A stretch of DNA of 64,000 nucleotides from an uncultured Chloroflexia bacterium (GCA_963802635.1 CAWDJJ010000003.1:636553-700552); one strand, 5' to 3'; positions 18,608 through 28,388 are shown, counted from the stretch's first letter. Program-made: numbers and translations. Notes: a model not told the origin generated them from the letters alone.

Positions 18608-21064
18608 CTATTTTCCTATTGCACGCTCTACATTGACAACATTTTTCACCTGGCGCAGACGACGTAAAATACGTTCAATCTGGTCGATGACACCCGTCTC
18701 CGCCGCAATTTCCAGCGTGGCTGTAATCACGGCTTTCTGTAAAGAAGCATTGGTGGTAGAGGTAACAGCCGCCATATTGATACTCGAATCAGCGACCACA
18801 GCCGCCACATCGCGCAACAAGCCCGCACGATCATGCGCAACCAGCGTTATCGGCACCAGATAGTACTCCGGCTTTATACGTAACCAGTCGAGGTCTACCA
18901 GCGCACTGGTGTTATCACGGTAACGGCGTAATGTACGACAGTCGGCGCGATGTACCAGCATACCCTTGCCCGGTGAAAAAAAGCCCACTATCGCATCCCC
19001 CAGGATAGGACAACAACATTGCGCCAGTTTCACCAGACGCACAATCGCGCCATCTTTGTCCTGAAGATAATCATTTTCATACTCATCAGGATGGTTGTCA
19101 TTTTCGGCGTTGACCTCATCTCGTTTTGGCAAGAGCGGAAGCAGATGCTCTAGCACCTGCTCGATGAGCAAATCTTCACGACCAAGTGCGATGTAGATGT
19201 CGTCACGCGTGGCATACTTTTTGAAGGTTGTACTGGCCGCCACGCTGTCCGTGCAGAGATGTAGCAGTAGATCCTCAACAACATCACAGATACCACCCTG
19301 ACCAGTAGCCTTCAAAGCCAGATCCAGCCGCTCACGGCCCAATTGCAAATTGATCTCACGTTCATAGGTTTTAAGATAACGCCGAATTTTGTTACGAGCC
19401 GCCGCCGTCCGCGCAAAAGAGAGCCAGTCACGCGTCGGATGCACCGTACGATTCACCATGATATCGACAATCTCGCCGCCTTTCAATTCATAGTCGAGTG
19501 GCACGAGACGAGTGACCAAGCGGCCACTCTCATCCTGATTGGTAATAATACGCGCACCGGCACAATGATCACCCAGATCGGTATGAATACGGTAAGCCAT
19601 ATCCAATGGCGTCGAACCACGCGGCAGATCCTTTACATCACCTTTCGGCGTAAACACAAAGATCTGCTCTTGAAAGATATCCCCTTTGACTGCCTCAACA
19701 AATTCATCTGCACTGCGCTGTGGCAATTCACGCTGCCACTCGCGTAGCTGCTCGATCCAGGCCACCATCTCACGATACGAGAGACGCCAACTGCTCGGCA
19801 CAGGCTCTTTTTTGCTACTCCCCGCCTTTTCGTCCTTGCCCACTCGCTCCTTCAGATACCAGTAGCTGGCAATGCCATAATCAGCAGTGCGCTGCATATC
19901 ATAGGTGCGGATCTGGATCTCTGCCAGACGGTCCTGCAAACAAAAAACAGTCGTATGCAACGACTGATAGCCATTTAATTTAGGAGTGGCAATAAAATCT
20001 TTAATCCGACCGTCCTTCGGTCGCCACAACGCGTGGATATGTCCTAAAGACAGGTAGCATTCATAATCGCTATCAACCAGGATACGGAAGGAAACAAGAT
20101 CGTGGATCTGGCTGAGTTCGTTGCTACTTGCCAGCGGCATATCCTCCAACTTGCGATTGATGCTAGCCAGGTGCTTACGCCACGCCAGCACATCGGCATG
20201 AATACCGGCTCGCTCCATCTCCTCACGCAGAATATGACACACCTCGTCCACAAACGGCTGGCGTTTCTGTACTTCATCCTCAACTTGCCGGGCCAGGCGC
20301 GTATATTTTTCAGGTTCGAGATAGCTAAAGACGAGATCCTCTAACTCAGCCTGCGCAATATACATACCCAGACGACAGGCCAACGGAGCATAAATCTCAC
20401 TGGTCTCACGCGACGTATTTTGTTGCTGGGCAGGCGACATAGCACTGAGCGTTCGCATATTATGCAAGCGATCAGCAATCTTGAGCACAACCACACGCGG
20501 ATCTTCAGCCATCGCCAGTAGCATTTTACGCACAGTTTCAATGCGCTGACGTCGCTTGTCAACCAGGGACGGCGGCGCGGGGAGTAGTGGGTCTGCACAC
20601 TGTGCTTCGGAGGAGGCAGCTTTTCTCGCTGTCGTAGCAGGCTTGCCAGCCAACGCATCAAACTTCGTCACCCCATCAACAATGTTAGCAACCACCGCAC
20701 CAAACTGCTCGCGTAAGTTGTCAAGGGAAAAATCAGTATCTTCAACCACATCATGCAACAGCGCTGCGACGATACCGTCCGCATCAATGCGCATGACAGC
20801 TAGCAGGAAGGCTACCTCTAAGGGATGCTGGATGTATGGCTCACCAGAACGGCGCACAACCCCAACATGTGCCTGATCGGCCAGATCATAGGCACACTGA
20901 ATTTTCTCCATATCGTGCGGAGCAAGATACTGACCTGTTTCGGCCAGCAGGTCCTCAAGAGTCATTTGCGAAGGAGACAAGTTCGCCTCCGATGCTGTCG
21001 CCGTTCTCATCAAAGGTATAGCGGACCCAGACTGATCAGCAACTTTTTCGAAATTGGTAGCCAT
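18608..21064 (-). CDS. rel: bifunctional Rel/SpoT-type (p)ppGpp synthetase/hydrolase
   Basis: intact HD motifs 'QHPLEVA...LLHDVVEDT', 'RLHNMRT'; synthetase 'NGYQSLHTTV', 'EIQIRTYDMQ'; TGS, ACT; track start is a TTG at 21079, first ATG at 21064. Confidence 0.85.
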   Translation of the reverse strand: MATNFEKVADQSGSAIPLMRTATASEANLSPSQMTLEDLLAETGQYLAPHDMEKIQCAYDLADQAHVGVVRRSGEPYIQHPLEVAFLLAVMRIDADGIVAALLHDVVEDTDFSLDNLREQFGAVVANIVDGVTKFDALAGKPATTARKAASSEAQCADPLLPAPPSLVDKRRQRIETVRKMLLAMAEDPRVVVLKIADRLHNMRTLSAMSPAQQQNTSRETSEIYAPLACRLGMYIAQAELEDLVFSYLEPEKYTRLARQVEDEVQKRQPFVDEVCHILREEMERAGIHADVLAWRKHLASINRKLEDMPLASSNELSQIHDLVSFRILVDSDYECYLSLGHIHALWRPKDGRIKDFIATPKLNGYQSLHTTVFCLQDRLAEIQIRTYDMQRTADYGIASYWYLKERVGKDEKAGSSKKEPVPSSWRLSYREMVAWIEQLREWQRELPQRSADEFVEAVKGDIFQEQIFVFTPKGDVKDLPRGSTPLDMAYRIHTDLGDHCAGARIITNQDESGRLVTRLVPLDYELKGGEIVDIMVNRTVHPTRDWLSFARTAAARNKIRRYLKTYEREINLQLGRERLDLALKATGQGGICDVVEDLLLHLCTDSVAASTTFKKYATRDDIYIALGREDLLIEQVLEHLLPLLPKRDEVNAENDNHPDEYENDYLQDKDGAIVRLVKLAQCCCPILGDAIVGFFSPGKGMLVHRADCRTLRRYRDNTSALVDLDWLRIKPEYYLVPITLVAHDRAGLLRDVAAVVADSSINMAAVTSTTNASLQKAVITATLEIAAETGVIDQIERILRRLRQVKNVVNVERAIGK

Positions 21065-21370
21065 ACTGAATACCTGCAACTACATTCTGTACCATCTGTC
21101 CGCGCCTGATCGGTTCTCCCCACGCTTTCGGCACTACAATTACAAGTATATACCCATCCTGGACAAAACAAATGTTACCACTCTATTATAAAGAGCAAAA
21201 TTTGACTGTCAAGCGGATACTGTTTGCCATCCCAAATCCCAAAATGCTTGAGGAAGATAAAACCAGGTACGCAATGGAGGTACATACCATGTACATTCGT
21301 CTATAAGAGGAAACGCAAACGCAGCCTGCATTATTCCACGAGAGAAAGCAACCAGGCTGGCTCCATAATA

Positions 21371-21600
21371 TACCCATAGGCATTCAGAAACGCGTGCTTA
21401 ATTCCGCCTGGCAACGAAGCTGACGCTTCTACTGCTGCGCAGTCAGCCAGGCGGATCAGCAACTGCCGTGGCTCCTCGTAGGCTGTCAGAAACGAGGCTG
21501 TCGCCGCTAGCTTCGCTCATGTGGCGGAGCGGCGTGCGCCCTGACGGCTCATCTGACAGAGCGGCGTGCGCTTCGCTCATCTGAATGTAAGGCAATATAT
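21371..21600 (+). repeat. MITE-family full copy (~230 bp)
   Basis: same termini as the 12.9 kb copy with a longer internal palindromic region. Confidence 0.7.
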
Positions 21601-21751
21601 ACGACAAAGGCAAAGCCAAGAACACACCATGGCTTAGCCTCTTTTTTTGTTCTGATGGGAAATTCCTGTAGGCGCTCCCTGTTATTGAACTGGGTATATG
21701 CTCGTAGGAAAAGCACAACTCAACACAGCAGACAAACGCGAACAGACCATG

Positions 21752-22060
21752 TTAACTGCGCGCGACGCTGCGTACCTTATCATAGCAAGGACTACAGTAG
21801 ACCGGGCGGTCATTCTTAGGCAAGAATGGGACCTGAGTCTCAGTACCACATTCAGCACAAATCACTGTATGCATTTCTCGCGGTGCACGCTCTCGACTAC
21901 CGGAACCACCAGCCGAATTACGGCGATTGGCTCGGCAGGAAGGGCAGCGACCAGGCTGATTCATCAGACCTTTTTGCTGGTAGAACTCTTGTTCTCCGGC
22001 AGTGAACACGAAGTCAACTCCGCACTCACGGCACTTTAGGGTTTTGTCATCGAAGCTCAA
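21752..22060 (-). CDS. zinc-ribbon (zf-trcl-type) protein
   Basis: two CxxC...CxxC units ('CRECG...CPSCR', 'CAECG...CSPCY'); 'FVFTAGEQEFYQQKG' matches the probable zinc-binding domain family. Confidence 0.6.
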   Translation of the reverse strand: MSFDDKTLKCRECGVDFVFTAGEQEFYQQKGLMNQPGRCPSCRANRRNSAGGSGSRERAPREMHTVICAECGTETQVPFLPKNDRPVYCSPCYDKVRSVARS

Positions 22061-22265
22061 CTAGGGACCTCCTTGTGATATGTTGGTAATCCTCAGGGCC
22101 ATATCCTAGCAGATGTCACCAGTTTTTTCCCCTACCAGCGTGGGATTTTATACCCTGGACGAGCACTGTATGCGAGACCGAGATTGGATACCGGTGGAAA
22201 GCATACACTATCTTTTAAGGATTTGCAAGCGTTCTTATGACAATTTCCGACTATGCTACATATTT

Positions 22266-22604
22266 TTATGTATCTTTTATATTATCTTTATACGATTCTG
22301 ACTTGACGTTTATGAGACAATAACCAAAAGGAATAATGGGCTGTAAAAATCTGGTAGCTCTCCACTTCAATCGCTCAATAAAAGCCGTATTGAACTCGGT
22401 ACATCCTTTTGTCTTCAAGAGAAGCTCTTTTGCTTTCTCACTTGTGCCCTTTGTCAGTTTTCTTGTGATCTCCACGACCCGCTTTTCCTTGCTATGCTTG
22501 ATGACCGTGGTAATGCAGAGATACAGCAGGTCTCTGGACGCTGGCTTTTTTTCAAGCTCCCCCTCCTTTTTCACCAGTTCGTGGAGAGCTACCGAAGTCG
22601 GCAC
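22266..22604 (-). pseudogene. transposase C-terminal remnant (DDE 'ER' region)
   Basis: 'NTAFIERLKWRATRFLQPIIPFGYCLINVKS' resembles IS1-like transposase C-termini; no N-terminal catalytic part. Confidence 0.3.
22300..22356. repeat. 57-bp IS-end-like sequence, copy A
   Basis: gacttgacgtttatgagacaataaccaaaaggaataatgggctgtaaaaatctggta, about 90% identical to copy B. Confidence 0.7.
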
Positions 22605-22620
22605 TCCGCTTTTTTAGCTG

Positions 22621-23595
22621 CTACTTTGCCGCTGGTGACAGCAACCTTAACTCCACCCCTGATTGGGGTCCGACGGTGGATTTCCTTCTGTCGGCGGCGG
22701 CGCTCCCCCTGGCTGCGGCCCGTAGTTCGGATGCAGCGGCACTCCCCCTGGCTGCGGCCCGTAGTTCGGATACTGCCCATAGTTCGGATGCTGCTGCACT
22801 CCCCCTTGCTGTTGCACGTAGTTCGGATGCTGCTGCACTCCCCCTTGCAATATCTGCTTTTGGTCGTAATTCATATTTTGCCTCCTCTGCACTTCTAGCT
22901 GATACGGCGCGTTGTGCTGATTTTGCTGCAATTGTATATTTTGATTTTTTTTGCATCTTTCGTAGCTCTCGTAACGCTTGGAGCGCTGCTTTTTGCTCCG
23001 GCGTTCCCCTGTGCCCTATGGCTCTGATTTGCTGGGAAAGCCTAGCCTCCTCAGGATGTTCCCTCTTCATCCGCTCTACGCCTCCTTTCCCTGAGTAGGA
23101 GGACATGTACAAGGCTTCAGCCGCCAGGTGCGCTTCCGCCAGTTGGATACCATCGATCTGTATAGGCAAAACTGCTGGCCTACTTCGTAGCTCTCGTAAC
23201 GCTTGGAACGCTGCTTTTTGCTCCGGTGTTCCCCTGTGCCCTACGGCTTTGAGTTCCTGGAAACGCCTGGCCTCCACAGGATAGTCCCTCTCCATCTGAT
23301 CTACGCCTCCTTTCCCTGAGTAGGAGACGTTGTACAAGTTTTCAGCGAGCAGATGATCTTCCGTTAGTTGGACATTTGTGATGTCTATTTTTGGTCTTCT
23401 CCCCGATCCAGAGGAAGTCTGGCCCGGTGCAGGGCCTGATGGGAGGTCTCCGGACCTCACCGCTTGCGTCACATCCAAACCACCAGCAGAACTCCACCCA
23501 GCGTTCGGCGAGGTTTCTCCCTCTACGTATTCTGGACCCCAATATGGGTTCCACGGCAGCGATTGGTTCCCCGGCGAGTCGCCGCGTCCTGACAT
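22621..23595 (-). CDS. hypothetical protein with internal duplications (frame uncertain in 3' repeats)
   Basis: RBS aaaggag before ATG 23595; two ~75-aa repeats ('YSGKGGV...HRGTPEQKAA(F/L)QALRELR'); an alternative frame gives a PNYGPQPGG tail. Confidence 0.35.
   Translation of the reverse strand: MSGRGDSPGNQSLPWNPYWGPEYVEGETSPNAGWSSAGGLDVTQAVRSGDLPSGPAPGQTSSGSGRRPKIDITNVQLTEDHLLAENLYNVSYSGKGGVDQMERDYPVEARRFQELKAVGHRGTPEQKAAFQALRELRSRPAVLPIQIDGIQLAEAHLAAEALYMSSYSGKGGVERMKREHPEEARLSQQIRAIGHRGTPEQKAALQALRELRKMQKKSKYTIAAKSAQRAVSARSAEEAKYELRPKADIARGSAAASELRATARGSAAASELWAVSELRAAARGSAAASELRAAARGSAAADRRKSTVGPQSGVELRLLSPAAK
22700..22860. repeat. about 40-bp imperfect tandem repeats (about 4 units)
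   Basis: ctccccctggctgcggcccgtagttcggatgc(a/t)gc... repeated. Confidence 0.65.
22961..23410. repeat. 225-bp tandem duplication (2 units)
   Basis: units begin cgtagctctcgtaacgcttgga at 22961 and 23186. Confidence 0.7.
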
Positions 23596-23609
23596 CTTGT
23601 GCTCCTTTC

Positions 23610-24185
23610 TCAATGACCTTGTTCATCCTGAGTGGTGTTCCACCTGATGGTCTCCTTTTCCGATCCTCCTCTTCTTCTCATATTATACCAGCTCTTTCTT
23701 GCATCAACGGCTGCTGAGCGCTTCTTCTCCGAAAACTGACCCTCCCTTGCCCATTTTCTCCCACAACTGCTCTTCGGCATCTCCGCCACGCACCCGCCTC
23801 GTATCATCTCTTCTCCGGCGACAGGAATGCGGCTCTTCTGGGCCGGTCCCCTTGAGGTCGGCACGCACGCGCACCAAGCGCAAAGAGATGGACTCTTTTT
23901 TCGTCGCTGTCCAGCCCAGGATAATGCCAGACTTGCCACACCATGGTGGATACCCCCATATCCGTAGTCTTGGCTGCCCCATCGGTCGCCCAAGCGCTCC
24001 ACCCAATGCTTCGCAGAGTCGTAGGACCATCCATCAGCCGCATCATCCGTCGGCAACACCCTGGATGCTACCGGAGCCACTGGCTCCTCGATCACGCCTG
24101 CCGTGGCTGGCTCCTCGGCAACCCTATGCTTGGAGCCAGGAACATCGCTGGCTTCCTCCTCTGGCTCCTGGTGATGCTTCACCAT
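23610..24185 (-). CDS. hypothetical protein (possibly decayed; 3' half may be UTR)
   Basis: acidic plausible N-terminal half; C-terminal half is purine-rich basic sequence that looks like the 5'UTR/RBS of the downstream gene; alternative frames also open. Confidence 0.25.
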   Translation of the reverse strand: MVKHHQEPEEEASDVPGSKHRVAEEPATAGVIEEPVAPVASRVLPTDDAADGWSYDSAKHWVERLGDRWGSQDYGYGGIHHGVASLALSWAGQRRKKSPSLCAWCACVPTSRGPAQKSRIPVAGEEMIRGGCVAEMPKSSCGRKWAREGQFSEKKRSAAVDARKSWYNMRRRGGSEKETIRWNTTQDEQGH

Positions 24186-24365
24186 AAACAGCCTCCGACG
24201 ATCTTCGGCGGCGGCGATATCTCGTGCCAGGTGCTCATCTCCCCAAAGGGTCCTGCGGCCCTGTCAGCCACGAAGCGGCTCAACATCGTACAGAAGAGGG
24301 GCATCTTGTTATCGCCGTCTGGGTGCCGCCGCTCTGGCCCAATCACCTTCGTCTCCTGCGCGACC

Positions 24366-24422
24366 GACTTGACGTTTATGAGATAATAACCAATAAGAAT
24401 AATGGGCTGTAAAAATCTAGTA
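24366..24422. repeat. 57-bp IS-end-like sequence, copy B
   Basis: direct repeat of copy A just upstream of tgt; minus-strand translation '...RFLQPIILIGYYLINVKS'. Confidence 0.7.
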
Positions 24423-24476
24423 AAACGCTTTCTACAGGCCCATTGCACATTTTTAGTGAACATATGTTTGGGGTTC

Positions 24477-25658
24477 ATGTCAACATTTTCCTTTACCATC
24501 GACGCCGATAGCTCGACGAGCTGGGCACGAGCGGGCACTATCCAGACCCCTCATGGCACGATTCAGACGCCCATTTTCATGCCGGTAGGGACGCAAGCAA
24601 CAGTCAAGAGTGTCGCGCCTGAAGAGCTACACGCGGCAGGGGTACAGATTATCCTTGCCAATACCTATCATCTCATGCTCAGACCAGGTTCTGAACTGAT
24701 TGCGTCCTTTGGCGGACTGCACTCATTTATGCACTGGGACGGTCCTATCCTCACCGATAGCGGGGGCTTCCAGGTCTGGAGCCTGGGACATCTACGCAAG
24801 CTAAGCAAGGAAGGCGTAGTCTTCAAATCACATCTTGACGGCTCACAACACATCTTGACACCCGAGCGTGTGATGCAAATCGAAGCAGAACTGGGCGCAG
24901 ATATTATCCTGCCGCTCGACATTTGCGCGCCTTATCCCTGTAGCACACATGAGGCTCAGCAAGCCATGGAGTGGACCCATCATTGGGAAGAACGCGCCCT
25001 GCTAGCCAAAGAACAGTATAATCCTTCTCAGAGCTTATTCGGGATCATTCAAGGAGCCTTTGAGCCAGCACTGCGCCAGCAAAGTGCGCAAGTCATCGCC
25101 AGTATGCCATTTCCAGGGCTTTCCATCGGCGGACTCTCAGTGGGCGAACCAAAAGAAATGATGTGGGAGATGCTGCGCGCTGTCACGCCAGTACTGCCAC
25201 GCCACAAGCCACGTCATTTACTAGGAGTTGGCTCACCCGAAGATCTGGTAGAGGGTGTGGGCCTGGGTATGGATATGTTTGATTGTGTTTTACCAACACG
25301 CGTGGCACGTCACGGCGGACTCTTCACCGCCAATGGACGCGTCAGCATCAAAAACGCTCGTTTTCGCAGCGAGCATGGACCCATAGAGGCAGGCTGTGAT
25401 TGCTACACGTGCCAGCATTACAGCGCCGCGTACGTCCACCATCTCGCGCGCACAGAAGAGCAGCTGTATTATCGTCTAGGTAGCATTCATAATATTCGCT
25501 TCATGTTGCGCCTCGCCAGTCAGTTGCGGGAAGCGATTATCGCAGATCGCTACAGTGACTTCCGCAGCGAATTTCAGGCCCGCTATGTTCCGGCATCGGA
25601 GCAGGTACGCGAAGCACAACGCGAGAAGTGGAAAGCAGCGAGAGAACGTCCAACATAG
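24477..25658 (+). CDS. tgt: queuine tRNA-ribosyltransferase
   Basis: 'TPIFMPVGTQATVK', 'LGVGSPEDL', zinc site 'CDCYTCQHYS...H'; the track N-terminus (MGCKNLV...) is the repeat and is rejected. Confidence 0.85.
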   Translation: MSTFSFTIDADSSTSWARAGTIQTPHGTIQTPIFMPVGTQATVKSVAPEELHAAGVQIILANTYHLMLRPGSELIASFGGLHSFMHWDGPILTDSGGFQVWSLGHLRKLSKEGVVFKSHLDGSQHILTPERVMQIEAELGADIILPLDICAPYPCSTHEAQQAMEWTHHWEERALLAKEQYNPSQSLFGIIQGAFEPALRQQSAQVIASMPFPGLSIGGLSVGEPKEMMWEMLRAVTPVLPRHKPRHLLGVGSPEDLVEGVGLGMDMFDCVLPTRVARHGGLFTANGRVSIKNARFRSEHGPIEAGCDCYTCQHYSAAYVHHLARTEEQLYYRLGSIHNIRFMLRLASQLREAIIADRYSDFRSEFQARYVPASEQVREAQREKWKAARERPT

Positions 25659-25681
25659 CAAGCATATCGCAAGGAACAAGT

Positions 25682-26503
25682 ATGCAAAAGGCACCATACC
25701 GCTTTATCAACACAGGAGTACAAGACGCAGCCCTCAATATGGCTATCGATGAAGCTATACTCCGTCACCACCTCAAAGACGCAGTTCCACCAACTTTGCG
25801 GGTATTCCGCTGGTCGCAACCGGCGATCTCGCTGGGACGATTTCAAAACGTCAAGCGCGAAATCGCCGTCGATGTCTGCCAACAACAAGGCATCGCGCTT
25901 GTACGCCGTCCCACTGGAGGAAGAGCTGTCTATCACCGAGACGAATTTACCTACAGCATCGTCATTAGCAAGCACAATGGCATCCCCTCAGGAGTCGTCG
26001 CCGCATACGCCTACCTCTGCCAGGGATTGCTTGTCGCGCTTGCCAGCCTGGGAATACAGGCCGAAATCAGTGATGAACATGTAAGTAAAAATCCCTCAGC
26101 AGCTTGCTTCGCATCATCAACGCAGGCTGACGTGATCAGCAATAATTTTAAGCTGGTAGGTAGCGCTCAGGTATGGAAGCAAGATGGACTGCTCCAACAA
26201 GGATCATTGCCGCTAGATGATTGCTCAGCAGAATTCTTTAGCATGCTGCGCTTTGCTAGCACAGAAGAGCGCCAGGCGGCCCTGAGCCTCTACCAGCAGA
26301 AAACCGCCCCATTACATGCCTTTGCCCCGACAGCCACATGGGATACAGCAGCTCAGGCATTTCAAAATGGCTTTAGCACACTTCTGCAAAGGCAATTTGC
26401 GCCGGGCGAATTGAGTACATCAGAGTGGGAACTGGCCCGGCAACTTGTGGAGCAGAAATACAGCGAGCTAACGTGGAGTAAAGAACATATCACATTAGCC
26501 TGA
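25682..26503 (+). CDS. lipoate-protein ligase / octanoyltransferase family protein (LplA/LipM-like catalytic domain)
   Basis: 'RRPTGGRAVYHRDEFTYSIV' BPL_LplA_LipB motif; RBS aaggaacaag. Confidence 0.7.
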   Translation: MQKAPYRFINTGVQDAALNMAIDEAILRHHLKDAVPPTLRVFRWSQPAISLGRFQNVKREIAVDVCQQQGIALVRRPTGGRAVYHRDEFTYSIVISKHNGIPSGVVAAYAYLCQGLLVALASLGIQAEISDEHVSKNPSAACFASSTQADVISNNFKLVGSAQVWKQDGLLQQGSLPLDDCSAEFFSMLRFASTEERQAALSLYQQKTAPLHAFAPTATWDTAAQAFQNGFSTLLQRQFAPGELSTSEWELARQLVEQKYSELTWSKEHITLA

Positions 26504-26697
26504 TGTGCTTATACCCACATTGCATGCAGGCAATCAGTGCGGTACAATAGGCCCGATAGAGATACATCATAGCAGCAGAAGAGGGTGAAAGCAATGGATA
26601 TAAGAAAATCTATCACGCTCTCCCTGCGAAACGTCTTTTGCGGTCCTGATAAGCAAGGAAGCAGCATTTATAGCATTGAGTTAAGGAGTATCTGGGC

Positions 26698-27329
26698 GTG
26701 AGCATATCTGTCGAAATGGCACGAAGTATCCTGGAAGCCAGCAAACAACGTGCCAGAGAACTACGCAGCCCCGTAAGCATCGCCATCGTAGACGCAGGAG
26801 GGCATCTGGTCCTTTTCGAGCGCATGATGGCCCCCTATGGTTGGGCAACAGGCAATATCAGCCTTGCCAAAGCAAGTACAGTGTGATGTTTAACCAGTCC
26901 ACAGACGCAGTTGCGCAATGGGGTGCGGGTATCCCAGGCTTCGCCGCCAGTCTGGCGGCGATGACCAACGGACAATTCATCATGGCGGCTGGCGGCTGGC
27001 CCATTCGCGTCAACGGTATCACCATTGGCGGTATTGGAGTAAGTGGAGGCAACGCACCTGGCCGCGATGATGAGATCGCATGTGCAGGACTTGCCGTGGT
27101 AGAAGCATTGAGCGCACCCATCCCAACACAACCAGCACAAGTAGCTGTCAGAGCAGGCTATGAGCAGAACAGTGCATCACTCGCGGGCAATAACGATAGG
27201 GTTTCACGCCCGCAGGATCTTCCCCCCATGACCCAGCACTTGCCAGTAGATAATAATGATCCTTACAGTGCTTTTGGTATGCCTACCTCTAGCCAATCAA
27301 ACGAGAACCGTTCAGGAGACCAACTATGA
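26698..27329 (+). pseudogene. DUF336 (GlcG/HbpS-like) protein with apparent frameshift near 26880
   Basis: GTG start with RBS aaggag; 'PVSIAIVDAGGHLVLFERM...ISLAKASTV*' then continues in another frame 'MFNQSTDAV...GGWPIRVNGITIGGIGVSGG'. Confidence 0.45.
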
Positions 27330-28126
27330 GTCAGGAATATAGCACAACACCAAGCAAAAAGATACGGCGTACACGCTCACAGCGCAATCGTCCCGTACTC
27401 GTCACCGACGAGGAAAACAAAACACTTGCACAGACTAGCCCCGCAGTAGACACAACGGCAGTAGAAACGCCGCCAGCAGTAGAGGAAGATCCTGTAGAAG
27501 TAGTTGCAGAAACACCAAAACGGCAGTCGCGACTCCCCAATTTCTTCTCACGCGTTGATAAAAGCGAGCAAGAGACAAACCCTAACCAGGAAGATGTTGT
27601 GCAAGCACGCCTCGCACGAGCCACGCGAAAGCAAGCTGGCAATAATGCAGCAGCCGTAGCAAAGGAAGAGACAGCGACCAGTGATGGAAAAGTCACAAAG
27701 GCCAGGGCTACGCAACCGCCGAAGCTGTTTAAGTCCCGCCATTTTCTCGGCTTTGCAATTTACCTGCTCGGCGCGGAATTCCTCTTGCCCTACGAGACCA
27801 ACGCTCTCGCCAAGTTGGGATTAAACAAACCGTTATTCACCCTCCCACTTTTTGGCGCGACGGCCACGGTTAGTACATCATTTCTGTTCAATATTTTTAC
27901 GCTGATCCTCTTACTGTATATTCTGGTCAAAATGGACCTGCTGCCAAGCAGCCTTGCTGGAAGCGGTGCCGCGCAGAGGAACGCTAAAGCCACGCAGAGC
28001 AGGAATAATCAGCAAGAGCCAGGAGTGAAACAAACTCCACCGTCAACGAGACAGGGCGTACAGGGCACAGACGATGATCTCTACCAGGAGTATCGCGCCA
28101 ACCAGAGACGCGACAAGAAACGCTAA
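27326..28126 (+). CDS. hypothetical membrane protein
   Basis: 266 aa; disordered basic N-terminus, two or three TM helices, Gln/Arg-rich tail. Confidence 0.45.
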   Translation: MSQEYSTTPSKKIRRTRSQRNRPVLVTDEENKTLAQTSPAVDTTAVETPPAVEEDPVEVVAETPKRQSRLPNFFSRVDKSEQETNPNQEDVVQARLARATRKQAGNNAAAVAKEETATSDGKVTKARATQPPKLFKSRHFLGFAIYLLGAEFLLPYETNALAKLGLNKPLFTLPLFGATATVSTSFLFNIFTLILLLYILVKMDLLPSSLAGSGAAQRNAKATQSRNNQQEPGVKQTPPSTRQGVQGTDDDLYQEYRANQRRDKKR

Positions 28127-28146
28127 TGCCCGATAACCATTCCCTC

Positions 28147-28176
28147 TTGACAGAGGTAGCATCAACCCTTTATAAT
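28147..28176 (+). promoter_or_regulatory. sigma-70-type promoter (TTGACA-18 bp-TATAAT)
   Basis: ttgaca at 28147-52, tataat at 28171-76; about 250 bp upstream of DAHP synthase. Confidence 0.45.
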
Positions 28177-28231
28177 TACTCACACAGGCTGGAGTAAGGC
28201 TCCAGTAATACGACACTTATGGAAAATATCA

Positions 28232-28306
28232 ATGCTCAGCGACCAGACAGACAAACAAATTAGTTTCCAATATAGCTTTTATTATTGGTTTAGCCCTCCA
28301 GCATGA
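28232..28306 (+). CDS. aromatic-rich leader peptide (MLSDQTDKQISFQYSFYYWFSPPA)
   Basis: 24-aa ORF between the promoter and an intrinsic terminator; 7 of 9 consecutive codons are Phe/Tyr/Trp; weak SD gga. Confidence 0.4.
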   Translation: MLSDQTDKQISFQYSFYYWFSPPA

Positions 28307-28356
28307 TGGTGGGCCCTTTGGGCTGAGCAAAATTTGACCACCAGCGTGCTGGAGAG

Positions 28357-28388
28357 AGCAGAGGACAAATCCTCTGCTTTTTTGTTTC
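28357..28388 (+). terminator. leader (attenuator) terminator agcagagg-acaaat-cctctgct + TTTTTTGTTT
   Basis: 8-bp stem and T-run inside the 5' leader of the DAHP synthase gene, before its RBS. Confidence 0.5.

Noticed and set aside
24402-24476. N-terminal extension MGCKNLVKRFLQ... of tgt, the twin ORF 22336-22617, and the minus-strand ORF 24179-24538
   Set aside because: Translations of the duplicated 57-bp IS-end-like repeat. The conserved Tgt N-terminus begins at 24477.
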